Of a stretch of DNA of 64,000 bases, positions 10,691 to 19,583 are shown one piece after another; position 1 is the first letter of the stretch; every line of letters starts with the position of its first letter. The notes under the pieces are model-generated. The model searched no databases. It saw only the letters and a list, made by a program, of their open reading frames with translations, and was not told the origin of the DNA. A program made the translations under genes and the position numbers. The stretch comes from Fimbriimonadales bacterium (GTDB lineage Bacteria > Armatimonadota > Fimbriimonadia > Fimbriimonadales > JABRVX01): positions 12,298 through 76,297 of the forward strand of contig BTVI01000015.1 in NCBI GenBank assembly GCA_045862955.1, given 5' to 3'.

Positions 10691-11638
10691 ATGGATCGAG
10701 CAGTGGCCATCACACTATGCGCAGCCGTCGCCGTTACGGCCAACGCCTTTACTCCTGCAACCGGCTATCGCACGGTTGACCTCGACCTATTCGGCTCAGC
10801 CATCGCCGTGTCGCCATCCGGCAAACTCGCAGTCGGTGAGGATGCCTTCGGTGGAGGCGCCCTAATACGGGTGTTCGACAGCGTCTTGCCCGGACGAAAC
10901 CTGCTCTACACGATCACCGCTCCGAGCGGCCACAACTGGCAGTTCTTGTCCGCGCTGACGTGGCAAGACGACGAAACCCTCATCATCGCCGAGAACGGCG
11001 ATATGGACACCGCCTATTCCGCGGTAGGACCCACCGTGACACCGCTTGCCCCCATCGGCTCCATTCCCAGCATCGCCGGGTTGACCCTCGGTTTCGGCGG
11101 CGATCTGTTCGCAACGGCTGCAACCGATCCAGGAACCGGAACGGTGTACCGACTTCACTCCGGTACCGTCACAGCGTTCGCCGGTTCCTTTGGTACCGGC
11201 TACCTCGGAGGCATCGCCTTCCTGGACGACGTCCTCTATGTTGCCGACACCAACGATCCCTTCTTCCTGGGCAACCCCGGGCAGGTGCATCGCTTCGCTT
11301 CGGACGGAAGCTATCTCGGAGCCATCTCCCTCGCCGATGGAGGCGGATCCGGGGTGGTAGACATCCTTTTCGACACCGAGGGAGACCTCATCGCAACGAC
11401 TGGCTCCACCCTCACCGTCAACAGTGTAACGCTCGGGACCTTCAGCGGGCCCTGGCCGTTCCCAACCTCTCTTGCCTACACGGGGTCCGGCTTCGAGCCG
11501 TTCTCCGGTACCGGGCTGCTGCTGGTAAACGGCACGTTCACGGAGATGGGTGGCATTTTCGGCATCACGCCCGTGCCCGAGCCGGGAGCCATCGCCCTGC
11601 TGCTGCCCGCGCTCGCACTCATCAGGAGGCGGAGGTGA
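10691..11638 (+). CDS. PEP-CTERM surface protein, putative beta-propeller
   Basis: Signal peptide; AAGGAG RBS; C-terminal VPEPGAIALLLPALALIRRRR. Confidence 0.85.
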   Translation: MDRAVAITLCAAVAVTANAFTPATGYRTVDLDLFGSAIAVSPSGKLAVGEDAFGGGALIRVFDSVLPGRNLLYTITAPSGHNWQFLSALTWQDDETLIIAENGDMDTAYSAVGPTVTPLAPIGSIPSIAGLTLGFGGDLFATAATDPGTGTVYRLHSGTVTAFAGSFGTGYLGGIAFLDDVLYVADTNDPFFLGNPGQVHRFASDGSYLGAISLADGGGSGVVDILFDTEGDLIATTGSTLTVNSVTLGTFSGPWPFPTSLAYTGSGFEPFSGTGLLLVNGTFTEMGGIFGITPVPEPGAIALLLPALALIRRRR

Positions 11639-12423
11639 TCCTCACCGCGCTCGCCATCCTGTATCAAGGCGTCTTTGGCCCGTCCGACTTCGCAACGAAG
11701 CTGTTCGACTACAACGGGGTGAACGGCGTGCCGGGATACAACGTGGATGCGACCAAAGTGCTGGGCTACCCCTCGCCTAACGCGACACCGTCGGTACCCG
11801 ACAACAGTCACCTCTTCTCATTCGGATGGGGAGGGTTCGTGACGGTCGGTTTCGACCGGCCAATCCGAAACGGCCCCGGACCGGACTTCATCGTCTTCGG
11901 CAACGCCTTCTATGCGGGCGGAGACCCGCTGTCGGTATGGCGCGAGCCGGGATTCGTCGAAGTCGGAGTAGACGTGGATGGTGACGGCGTGCCGAGCCAG
12001 CCAGACCGGTGGTACTTGCTCCGCGGATTTCCGGCCCCGCCCTTTCCCCTAGACCCGTACTTCTACGGTTGGTTCGAACCGGAACTCCCCTGGGCCTACG
12101 CAGACTGCACCCCGACGGACAATACGGGCAATCCCCTCCTCCCCGATAACCCTCTGTCGGTCGGAATCGACCCCGGCTCCGCGGGCGGGGATTCGATGGA
12201 CCTGGACTGGGCAGTGGATTGGACCACTGGCCTGCGCGTATGGCTGAAGGAGGCTCACTTCGTGCGCATCACGCACGCGCTGAACTCCTTCCACCCTGTT
12301 TTCGGGCCTTCGTCCACCGAGGTGGACGCGATCGCCATCGTGCACCCGGACGGCCCGCTCGCTGCCACGCCGGTACCCCGCAGTGAATCGAAGAACGAGG
12401 TGCCTCCGAGCGGACGTGGATAG
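11635..12423 (+). CDS. Cell-surface protein resembling the Bacteroides BtuH-type cobalamin-associated domain
   Basis: GTG overlaps upstream stop (GTGA) with GGAGG; FSFGWGGFVTVGFDRPIRNGPGPDFIVFGNAF...EPGFVEV...WYLL...GGD.MDLDWAVD...FVRI...STEVD pattern. Confidence 0.6.
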   Translation: MILTALAILYQGVFGPSDFATKLFDYNGVNGVPGYNVDATKVLGYPSPNATPSVPDNSHLFSFGWGGFVTVGFDRPIRNGPGPDFIVFGNAFYAGGDPLSVWREPGFVEVGVDVDGDGVPSQPDRWYLLRGFPAPPFPLDPYFYGWFEPELPWAYADCTPTDNTGNPLLPDNPLSVGIDPGSAGGDSMDLDWAVDWTTGLRVWLKEAHFVRITHALNSFHPVFGPSSTEVDAIAIVHPDGPLAATPVPRSESKNEVPPSGRG

Positions 12424-13195
12424 CAGAAGAGCCTTCACGCTAATCGAGCTGCTCGTGGTGATTGCGATCATCGCGGTCCTTGCCGGCATCCTCTTTCCGG
12501 TGTTCGCTTCTGCTCGAAAGCACAGCCACACTGCGAGATGCGCCGCCAACCTGCGGCAGCTCGTCCAGGCGAACCTCATGTATGCGGGAGATACCGGCAG
12601 GTACGTCCCCGCTGCACAGGACCTGTACGAGACCAATCGCCGACGGTGGTTCGGAGTGCGAGGCTCAGACGGGCGGTTCATCCCTCGGGATGGGCCGCTC
12701 GTCCCCTACCTCGAGGACGGCGGACTCCTCCGCCAGTGTCCGCTCTTCTCGACGAAGATTGGGTTCTCCCTCGGCGCGGGGGGCTACGTGTACAACCACA
12801 TCGCAGCCGGGTCCAACGTCTGGGACATGGGCTTCGTGCCCGAGGCCTACCACACTTCGCGAAGAGAAGGGAGCGTTGCTCGACCCGCCCAGGTGGCGAT
12901 GTTCGCGGACGGTGCACTCGATGTCGGCAGTCCCCGGGGTCTTGCCGAGTACACATTCCTCGAGCCGCCCGAAGAAGTGCTCCGACGGATGGGCAGCCCC
13001 TATTCGATGGACCCGTCGCTCCATTTCCGCCACTCCGGCCGGGTCCTGGTGGGTTACGCGGACGGCCACGTCGGCGCCGGCCGCCTAGCCCGAACCGTGG
13101 AGAGGAGCGGCGTGTACCCTCGGGCCAATCCCGCCGCGCATGGCCTCGGCTGGATAGCCCCCCTCGACGGCGAAACCCCCTACGATCCGCTGTAG
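12383..13195 (+). CDS. Prepilin-type N-terminal cleavage/methylation protein with H-X9-DG domain (DUF1559-like)
   Basis: AFTLIELLVVIAIIAVLAGILFPVF, CAANLRQL and FRHSGRVLVGYADGHV; true start may be GTG 12416. Confidence 0.88.
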   Translation: MNRRTRCLRADVDSRRAFTLIELLVVIAIIAVLAGILFPVFASARKHSHTARCAANLRQLVQANLMYAGDTGRYVPAAQDLYETNRRRWFGVRGSDGRFIPRDGPLVPYLEDGGLLRQCPLFSTKIGFSLGAGGYVYNHIAAGSNVWDMGFVPEAYHTSRREGSVARPAQVAMFADGALDVGSPRGLAEYTFLEPPEEVLRRMGSPYSMDPSLHFRHSGRVLVGYADGHVGAGRLARTVERSGVYPRANPAAHGLGWIAPLDGETPYDPL

Positions 13196-13369
13196 CGAGC
13201 TTCACAATCCTTGCCAACTCTTGGTGGATGCTTGCTGGCGAAGCGGCCCCGGTGGAAAGCCTACCGCTCGCGGTGGCTGCGCCCACACACCCGAGACATT
13301 CGTCTATACCAGGCTAACGATCCCTTAGCATCCGTGGTAGAATAAGGTAGCTACGCGTTTTCCTGACGA

Positions 13370-13418
13370 CGCGCAACATCCCCGTCCGTCCAACCCGGAC
13401 TGCGCGCCGAGGAAGGGG
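13370..13418 (+). promoter_or_regulatory. NAD+-I (nadA-motif)-like riboswitch, single aptamer
   Basis: CGCGC-AACATCCCC-GTCCG-loop-CGGAC-T-GCGCG; CCCC is complementary to GGGG (13415-13418) in the RBS; directly upstream of nadA. Confidence 0.7.
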
Positions 13419-13427
13419 TCGCAACCC

Positions 13428-14546
13428 GTGTATCAACCGCCTCTACCAGCGGAATACGTCTCGCTATCGGAGTCCGAGACCCATGAGCGCATCCAGGCCG
13501 CACGGCAGGCCCTCGGCAGCCGCTTGGTCATCTTGGGTCATCACTACCAGCGCGACGACATCATACGATACGCCGATTACCGGGGAGACAGCTACAAGCT
13601 GTGCCGGGACGCCGCCGCTCGACCCGAAGCGGATTACATCGTGTTCTGCGGAGTGCACTTCATGGCAGAGAGTGCCGACATTCTGTCCGCAGACCACCAG
13701 ATCGTCATCTTGCCCAACCTTTCGGCAGGATGCAGCATGGCCGACATGGCCAACACCTTTCAGGTTCGGCAGGCATGGAGGCAGCTCGGCGAGGTCACGG
13801 ACATCGAGCGGGTGGTCCCGATCACGTACATGAACTCCGCCGCCGCCCTCAAGGCCTTCGTCGGTGAGCGCGGTGGCGCCGTGTGCACCAGCTCCAACGC
13901 CTCGAAGGTGCTGTCCTGGGCACTGGGGCGGGGCGACAAGGTGCTGTTCTTCCCGGATCAGCATCTCGGTCGCAACACCGCCGTGCGCATGGGTTTCGAC
14001 CTGGACCGCGACATGCTGGTGTGGGATCCCGATCTGCCTTTGGGAGGCAACACGCCCGAGCGCATCCGCGAAGCCACGTTCCTGCTGTGGAAAGGTCACT
14101 GCTCCGTGCACATGCGCTTCACGCTAGAGCAGGTCCAACTCGCACGCAAGGTCCACCCCGGTATCAACGTCGTCGTGCACCCCGAGTGCACTAAGGACGT
14201 GGTGGATGCGGCCGACTGCTTCGGCTCCACCGAGTTCATCATCAAGACCGTGTCGGCAGGCGCCCCGGGCTCCAAGTGGGCTATCGGCACGGAGATCAAC
14301 CTGGTCAAGCGGCTGGCAGATGAGAACCCCGACAAGCTGATCTTCTGCCTCGATCCCATCACCTGCCCCTGCAGCACCATGTACCGCATACACCCTTCGT
14401 TCCTCCTGTGGGTGCTGGAGAACCTGGCGGCCGGACGCGTCGTCAACCGCATCGAGGTCCCTCCGCAGACGAAGCGCCACGCGCTGCAAGCGCTCCAACG
14501 CATGGTGACCATCACCGAGCAGTCAGCCGCCGCCTCCGCTATCTGA
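13428..14546 (+). CDS. nadA: Quinolinate synthase
   Basis: GHHYQRDD, VFCGVHFMAE, AGCSMADM, CTSSNA, PDQHLGRN, HPEC and CPCSTMYRI. Confidence 0.96.
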   Translation: MYQPPLPAEYVSLSESETHERIQAARQALGSRLVILGHHYQRDDIIRYADYRGDSYKLCRDAAARPEADYIVFCGVHFMAESADILSADHQIVILPNLSAGCSMADMANTFQVRQAWRQLGEVTDIERVVPITYMNSAAALKAFVGERGGAVCTSSNASKVLSWALGRGDKVLFFPDQHLGRNTAVRMGFDLDRDMLVWDPDLPLGGNTPERIREATFLLWKGHCSVHMRFTLEQVQLARKVHPGINVVVHPECTKDVVDAADCFGSTEFIIKTVSAGAPGSKWAIGTEINLVKRLADENPDKLIFCLDPITCPCSTMYRIHPSFLLWVLENLAAGRVVNRIEVPPQTKRHALQALQRMVTITEQSAAASAI

Positions 14547-14646
14547 ATCGCTTCGCGCATCCTCGCGCTCGTCATCCTGAACCCCGTCGAAGCACGTCGC
14601 CACGAACCGCGAACTCCTGGATACAGAGGCCAAAGGGCGGGGAGAG

Positions 14647-14685
14647 AAAAAAAGGGAGGCCTGTCCCGCTGCTGCGGGACAGGCC
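14647..14685 (-). terminator. Intrinsic terminator (probably bidirectional)
   Basis: 12-bp stem GGCCTGTCCCGC/GCGGGACAGGCC with T7 tract on the minus strand; lies between convergent genes. Confidence 0.8.
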
Positions 14686-14719
14686 AATCTACTTTCAGGT
14701 CTACTGTAGACCCAGTTGT

Positions 14720-15409
14720 TTACTTGCGGCGGCGCAGAGCCAGAAGGCCCACGAGACCGGTTGCGATCGCAGCGATGCTGCCCGGCTCGGGGACGATCTT
14801 GATGTAGTTGTCCGTGATGTCCACGGAAGCGCCGACGCCGTCCAGAATGCGGGTCGAAAGGCCCGTACCGGTGTTGCGATTGTCGAATTTCCAATCGAGG
14901 ACCTGGCCGGGAAGCCCAGGGCCGCAGACGAAGTCGAACAGCATGACGTCCCAGTTCTTCGCCTTCGATGACTGGCCCGACACACCGATCAGCGAGTACA
15001 CGCCGCGGTTCGTGACGAACGGCTTGGTGCTGTCACCGGGGTCGACGGCCCAGTCGTACATCGGGCCATAGTCAGGCTGCCAGTGGATCTTGACCGGGAA
15101 CTGCGTGCCAGGAACGAGCTTGGAGTTGACCTCGGCGTCCCAAGTGTTGGCATCCGCGTCGGTCATGATCTGGTTGCCTTCGAGATCCAACGTGATCTGC
15201 ATCGTGCCCCACTGGAACGGCGGGTTAGTGTCCAGATCGTTGAAGTGGAACCAGATCTCGATTAGGTCGCCGGGGTTGGCCATAACCGCGCCCGCGTTGC
15301 TCATGCCGGTCGTAGCGTTCTTGAAGTAGAGCCTTGCCTCGTACGCTGCGAAGGAGCTGGTCGCCAGCGCCATCGCCAGTCCGAGGACTACCGTGTTTCG
15401 AATGCTCAT
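14720..15409 (-). CDS. PEP-CTERM surface protein (paralog 1)
   Basis: Signal peptide ending SSFA; C-terminal VPEPGSIAAIATGLVGLLALRRRK. Confidence 0.9.
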   Translation of the reverse strand: MSIRNTVVLGLAMALATSSFAAYEARLYFKNATTGMSNAGAVMANPGDLIEIWFHFNDLDTNPPFQWGTMQITLDLEGNQIMTDADANTWDAEVNSKLVPGTQFPVKIHWQPDYGPMYDWAVDPGDSTKPFVTNRGVYSLIGVSGQSSKAKNWDVMLFDFVCGPGLPGQVLDWKFDNRNTGTGLSTRILDGVGASVDITDNYIKIVPEPGSIAAIATGLVGLLALRRRK

Positions 15410-15569
15410 GATGATCGGAGACTCCTTTTTCTAAGCAACTAAGACCAACTCAGAGCAGGACATTGCCAATCAAACAACGCGACTCGGAGAAGGCCGTCTC
15501 CGGGCCACACCCAAACATAGTCTCTCGGAGCGGAACGGACTGCCCGACTGCTCGGACAATCTCGAACAC

Positions 15570-15598
15570 ATGATACCAGCACTTTGGCCGAATGTCAA
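15570..15598 (-). promoter_or_regulatory. Sigma70 promoter of PEP-CTERM paralog 1
   Basis: TTGACA-N17-TATCAT on the minus strand. Confidence 0.7.
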
Positions 15599-15844
15599 CT
15601 AGAAAATCGTTCATTGTCGGTTCGGTTTCCGCGATCGGCGGGTCCGGCGCACACTTTCTTCTGACATCCAGAAAATACGTCCGGCTACTGGGCCTACTGG
15701 GGGCTGCGCCAGATTTTCCCGTGTCCCAACGACCCAGACTCAGCACAGCGCGTGCCTATCCGCTGAAGGATATGCTGGAATCGCCTTCTGGCCGCATCGG
15801 ATGGGCCTAGCCTTGGACCGCGCCGGGGCAGGGTCGGGGCCTAC

Positions 15845-17060
15845 TGGGTTTCCGCCCTCGCGTGAATGACGCGGTGTGCTCGATGCCCCGGCCCGCTTCC
15901 GCCGGCCCAGATTGCCACGCAGAGAACGCAACGAGAGCCGCAGAGATCGCAGCCACCGAAAGGCGGCGTGAGGACAACGGTTCCCCCTGCAGCCCTGCGG
16001 AAGGGGGAACCTTAAGGAGGGGGTCCCCCTTGAGGATCTGCGGAAGGGGGAACCTTAACGAACGGTTCCCCCTGCAGCCCTGCGGAAGGGGGAACCTTAA
16101 GGAGGGGGTCCCCCTTGAGGATCTGCGGAAGGGGGAAACTTAACGAACGGTTCCCCCTGCAGCCCTGCGGAAGGGGGAACCTTAAGGAGGGGGTCCCTTC
16201 CCCCGGCCCGCGTCCGCCGGCCCAGCACCTACCGAAGGCTTGCCTCGCCCCCAAGGACCGCGCCGGGGCAACTGCGGCGCTTGCGCCGTCCTGGCGATCC
16301 TTTGGCCGGCCGAGCAGTGCGGCTCTGGCTCTCGTGGCAAGAACCCCCTCCCCAGCTTCGCAGGCCCTCCCCCTTCCGCAAGGCCTCCAGGGGGAGGGGC
16401 TATTCTCTATGCCCCGACCCGCCTCTCCAGATTGCCGCGCAGAGAACGCAACGAGAGCCGCAGAGATCGCAGCCACCGAAAGGCGGCGTGAGGACAACGG
16501 TTCCCCCTGCAGCCCTGCGGAAGGGGGAACCTTAAGGAGGGGTTCCCCCTGCAGCCCTGCGGAAGGGGGAACCTTAACGAACGGTTCCCCCTGCAGCCCT
16601 GCGGAAGGGGGAACCTTAAGGAGGGGGTCCCTTCCCCCGGCCCGCTTCCGCCGACCAGCAACTGCCGCCGGCATGCCTCGACCCCAAGGACCGCGCCGGG
16701 GCAACTGCGGCGCTTGCGCCGTCCTGGCGATCCTTTGGCCGGCCGAGCAGTGCGGCTCCGGCTCTCGTGGCAAGAACCCCCTCCCCAGCTTCGCAGCCCC
16801 TCCCCCTTCCGCAGAGCCTCCAGGGGGAGGGGCTATTCTCTATGCCCGACCCGCCTCTCCAGATTGCCGCGCAGAGAACGCAACGAGAGCCGCAGAGATC
16901 GCAGTCACCGAAAGGCGGCGTGAGGACAACGGTTCCCCCTGCAGCCCTGCGGAAGGGGGAACCTTAAGGAGGGGGTCCCTTCCCCCGGCCCGCGTCCGCC
17001 GGCCCAGCACGAACCGAAGGCTTGCCTCGCCCCCAAGGACCGCGCCGGGGCCTCGCCCCC
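15845..17060. repeat. Mosaic REP-like palindromic repeat array
   Basis: About 9 copies of GGTTCCCCCTGCAGCCCTGCGGAAGGGGGAACC or variants (42-43 bp local spacing) inside three larger repeated blocks; GTCATTCACGCGAGGGCGGAAACCC REP-like unit (minus strand) at the left edge. Confidence 0.85.
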
Positions 17061-17278
17061 CAACCCGCAGAAGTTCTATGCTCTCTCAGCGGCGCCAGAC
17101 CGCGAGTCCAGCCAGAGCCCATAGCAGTCCCGTCCCGTGACTCGTTTGTTCTCCTCCAAGCGAACCGCAGAGGTACGCAAGATAGAAGGCCCCGACCGGA
17201 GGCCGGGGCCAAACTAGTCTCAGACTATTCGCGAACGATTACGACGAACCGCACGCGATTCCTAGGAATCGCAGGCGA

Positions 17279-17989
17279 CTACTTCCGGCGGCGCAGGGCG
17301 AGAAGCCCGACCAGGCCAGTGGCAATCGCAGCGAAGGTGGACGGCTCGGGGACGATCTTGATGTAGTTATCGGTGATCTTAACCGAGGCGCCCTGATAGT
17401 CGAGGATTCGAGTCGACAGGCCGGTACCGGTGAGCCGGTTCTCGAACGCCCAGTGGAGCTCCTCGTTCGCGACGGCGCCGCCTGCCACGGTAAACGTGAA
17501 GAGCGTCTTGCTGAAGTTCCACGAAGGCGTCTTGTTGCCAGCGACACCGATCAGCGCATAGAGGCCCTTCGTCGCGACCTTCGGATACGTGTTATCGCTC
17601 GGGTCCACGGCGTTGTCGTACATGTCGCCGTAGTCCGGCTGCCAGAACACCTTAATCGGGAAGTTCGTCGGCGGAGTCAGAACGGCGCCGATCTGGGTAG
17701 CCCAGGTGTTTGCGTCGGCGTCGGTCATGATGGTCTTGCCGTCCAGAATGATGGTCGCCTGGAAGGTTCCCCACTTCTCCGTGTTGCCGGTCGTGTCATC
17801 CGCGAGGAAGAAATACTTGATGGCGATCTGGTCGCCGGGGGCAGCCAACAACGCACCAGCGTTGCTCGTACCCTTGGTAACGTTCTCGAACCACAGGCGA
17901 ACCTGATAGCCTGCAAAGCTCGGGGCGGTCAGTAGCGCGGCGAGGGCGCCGGCAACCACGACGTTTCGGATCTTCATGTGTCGGTCCAC
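17279..17989 (-). CDS. PEP-CTERM surface protein (paralog 2)
   Basis: Shares WQPDYG, TGTGLSTRILD and ITDNYIKIVPEP with 14720-15409; signal peptide; start may be ATG 17977. Confidence 0.9.
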   Translation of the reverse strand: MDRHMKIRNVVVAGALAALLTAPSFAGYQVRLWFENVTKGTSNAGALLAAPGDQIAIKYFFLADDTTGNTEKWGTFQATIILDGKTIMTDADANTWATQIGAVLTPPTNFPIKVFWQPDYGDMYDNAVDPSDNTYPKVATKGLYALIGVAGNKTPSWNFSKTLFTFTVAGGAVANEELHWAFENRLTGTGLSTRILDYQGASVKITDNYIKIVPEPSTFAAIATGLVGLLALRRRK

Positions 17990-18126
17990 TCCTTCTTTCC
18001 CAAACTGATTAGCTGTCTTGTGGACCTACTGTCGGAGGTCCATCCAGAAACAAGACAAAGTATGTTGGACTTCCTCAAGCGCGGCCGCGCTGCGACCCTT
18101 TGGGAACGCTTGCGTCGTCCGCCAAT

Positions 18127-18155
18127 AGGATAGCACGGTTTTTCCGATCTGTCAA
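18127..18155 (-). promoter_or_regulatory. Sigma70 promoter of PEP-CTERM paralog 2
   Basis: TTGACA-N17-TATCCT on the minus strand. Confidence 0.65.
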
Positions 18156-18231
18156 CGAGATTCTGCAGGAAAACCCGGAAGATCGCGTAGCGGACCCCGT
18201 TTCGGGCCCGAAAAGGTGCCCCGTGCGCCCC

Positions 18232-19341
18232 TCAGAGCTTGCGCAGAATCACAATCAGGCTCAACAAGATCCATGCATAGTTGATGGCTTCACCCACCGA
18301 AATAGGCTTCGGCGGGAAGGGAACCACGACCGTATCTCCAGCCCTCAGCTCCACATCCGAAGCCTGGCCGCGTAGAACCGCGTTCACGTTCACCTTGATC
18401 GTCTGCTCGCGTCCGCCCTCGATCCGCTTCACCTCGACGCGGTCCAGCCGAGCCGACTGCAGCGGCCGCCCCGCCCCGTACAGCGCCTCGGTCACGGTCA
18501 TCTTGTCCTTGTACGGCACCAGCCCCGGATTGCCCACCGCCCCCCGAACCATCACGTACGAGGATGCTGCGAGCATAGGTACGAAGACCTGGTCTCCGGA
18601 AGCAATCGGTGCGTTCCCCCCTACCTGAGTTAGGTTGATCTCCAGGGTCCGGCCGTCGGACTTTTGGACGCGGATGCGCGTTAGGTCGGCATCCGCCTTC
18701 GTTCCGCCGGCAGCCTTCAGAGCGTCCGCGAGGGTCATGTTCTCGGTGTGCTTGACGATCCCCGGCTTCAACACCGCGCCCAGCACGGTGACCTCCTGCA
18801 GGGACGGCCGAATGGCTACGTAAACCTTCGACCCTGCAGGAACCGCCGGATTGCCCGCCGCGCGACCTTCCGTCTGATAGGCCCGGTAGTCCACGACCTG
18901 CACCGTTCCGTCCGGCAGCGTGAGGCGCACGGCAGACAGGTCGGCGTTCTGCGTCGGCTGCGCCTGCTTCAGGAGGTCGTCCAGTGTCGATGTTGCGGAG
19001 ACCGCATAGTCACCCGCCTTCTGAACGGCTCCGGTCACCGAGGCGGTCTTGGGTGCCTCACCGGATAGCCTGACTGTGACTCGGGGGTCTAGCAACACCC
19101 GCTGATCCGCGAGAATCTTGCGGATCTTGGCCGCTGCCGCGTCGAACGTCATGCCCACGACCTCGACGGCGCCGATGAATGGCATCAGGATCGTGCCGTC
19201 TGCGCTCACCACGTACTCGCCGGTCAACTCCTTGCTGTCTGCAACCGCCACCGTCAGTTTGTCCCCCACCGCGATCTTCTGCTGGGCAGACGACGCCGTG
19301 CACAGGCCTATCAAGAGCAGCCCGATCAACCAAATTCTCAT
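18232..19341 (-). CDS. Polysaccharide export / SLBB-domain protein (Wza-like)
   Basis: Poly_export N-terminus (GDKL...V..DGTI.MPFIG.V.V.G.T) and three SLBB-like repeats (V.GAV..PG). Confidence 0.85.
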   Translation of the reverse strand: MRIWLIGLLLIGLCTASSAQQKIAVGDKLTVAVADSKELTGEYVVSADGTILMPFIGAVEVVGMTFDAAAAKIRKILADQRVLLDPRVTVRLSGEAPKTASVTGAVQKAGDYAVSATSTLDDLLKQAQPTQNADLSAVRLTLPDGTVQVVDYRAYQTEGRAAGNPAVPAGSKVYVAIRPSLQEVTVLGAVLKPGIVKHTENMTLADALKAAGGTKADADLTRIRVQKSDGRTLEINLTQVGGNAPIASGDQVFVPMLAASSYVMVRGAVGNPGLVPYKDKMTVTEALYGAGRPLQSARLDRVEVKRIEGGREQTIKVNVNAVLRGQASDVELRAGDTVVVPFPPKPISVGEAINYAWILLSLIVILRKL

Positions 19342-19583
19342 CCCGACCTCCTACCTACCGATTGTGCGGTCGGCTCACCCATTCCTGCCGTTGCCAGGCG
19401 CTAGTTTCGCCGTCCCTGCGACGATGGTGCACGGCGGGATTACCCGGGACCGCCAAAGGCTGTATGGCTCCGGCTCCCGGCCCGGTCACTGGGAAGCGTG
19501 CTCCCGCTTGCGTACAGGTCGGTGACGGCGCCGGGGCTGCCTGCCAGATGACGTGCACCTCTGGCCAAGATACAATCCCACAC

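Noticed and set aside
10960..11634. N-terminal extension of the 487-aa ORF
   Set aside because: Arg-rich shadow frame overlapping the PEP-CTERM gene; the real start is GTG 11635 with an RBS
15979..16200. CRISPR-like 42-43 bp periodicity
   Set aside because: Units are adjacent palindromes with ~10-nt invariant linkers and no spacers
16012..17140. ORFs of 253 and 341 aa within the repeat array (and similar ORFs in the 59 kb and 63 kb arrays)
   Set aside because: They are translations of palindromic DNA repeats open on both strands, with no RBS or protein-like composition
17990..18120. c-di-GMP riboswitch in the PEP-CTERM leader
   Set aside because: Only superficial GCAA/AAAG similarity; the conserved GGCAAAC...GAAA...GACGCAAAGC pattern is absent
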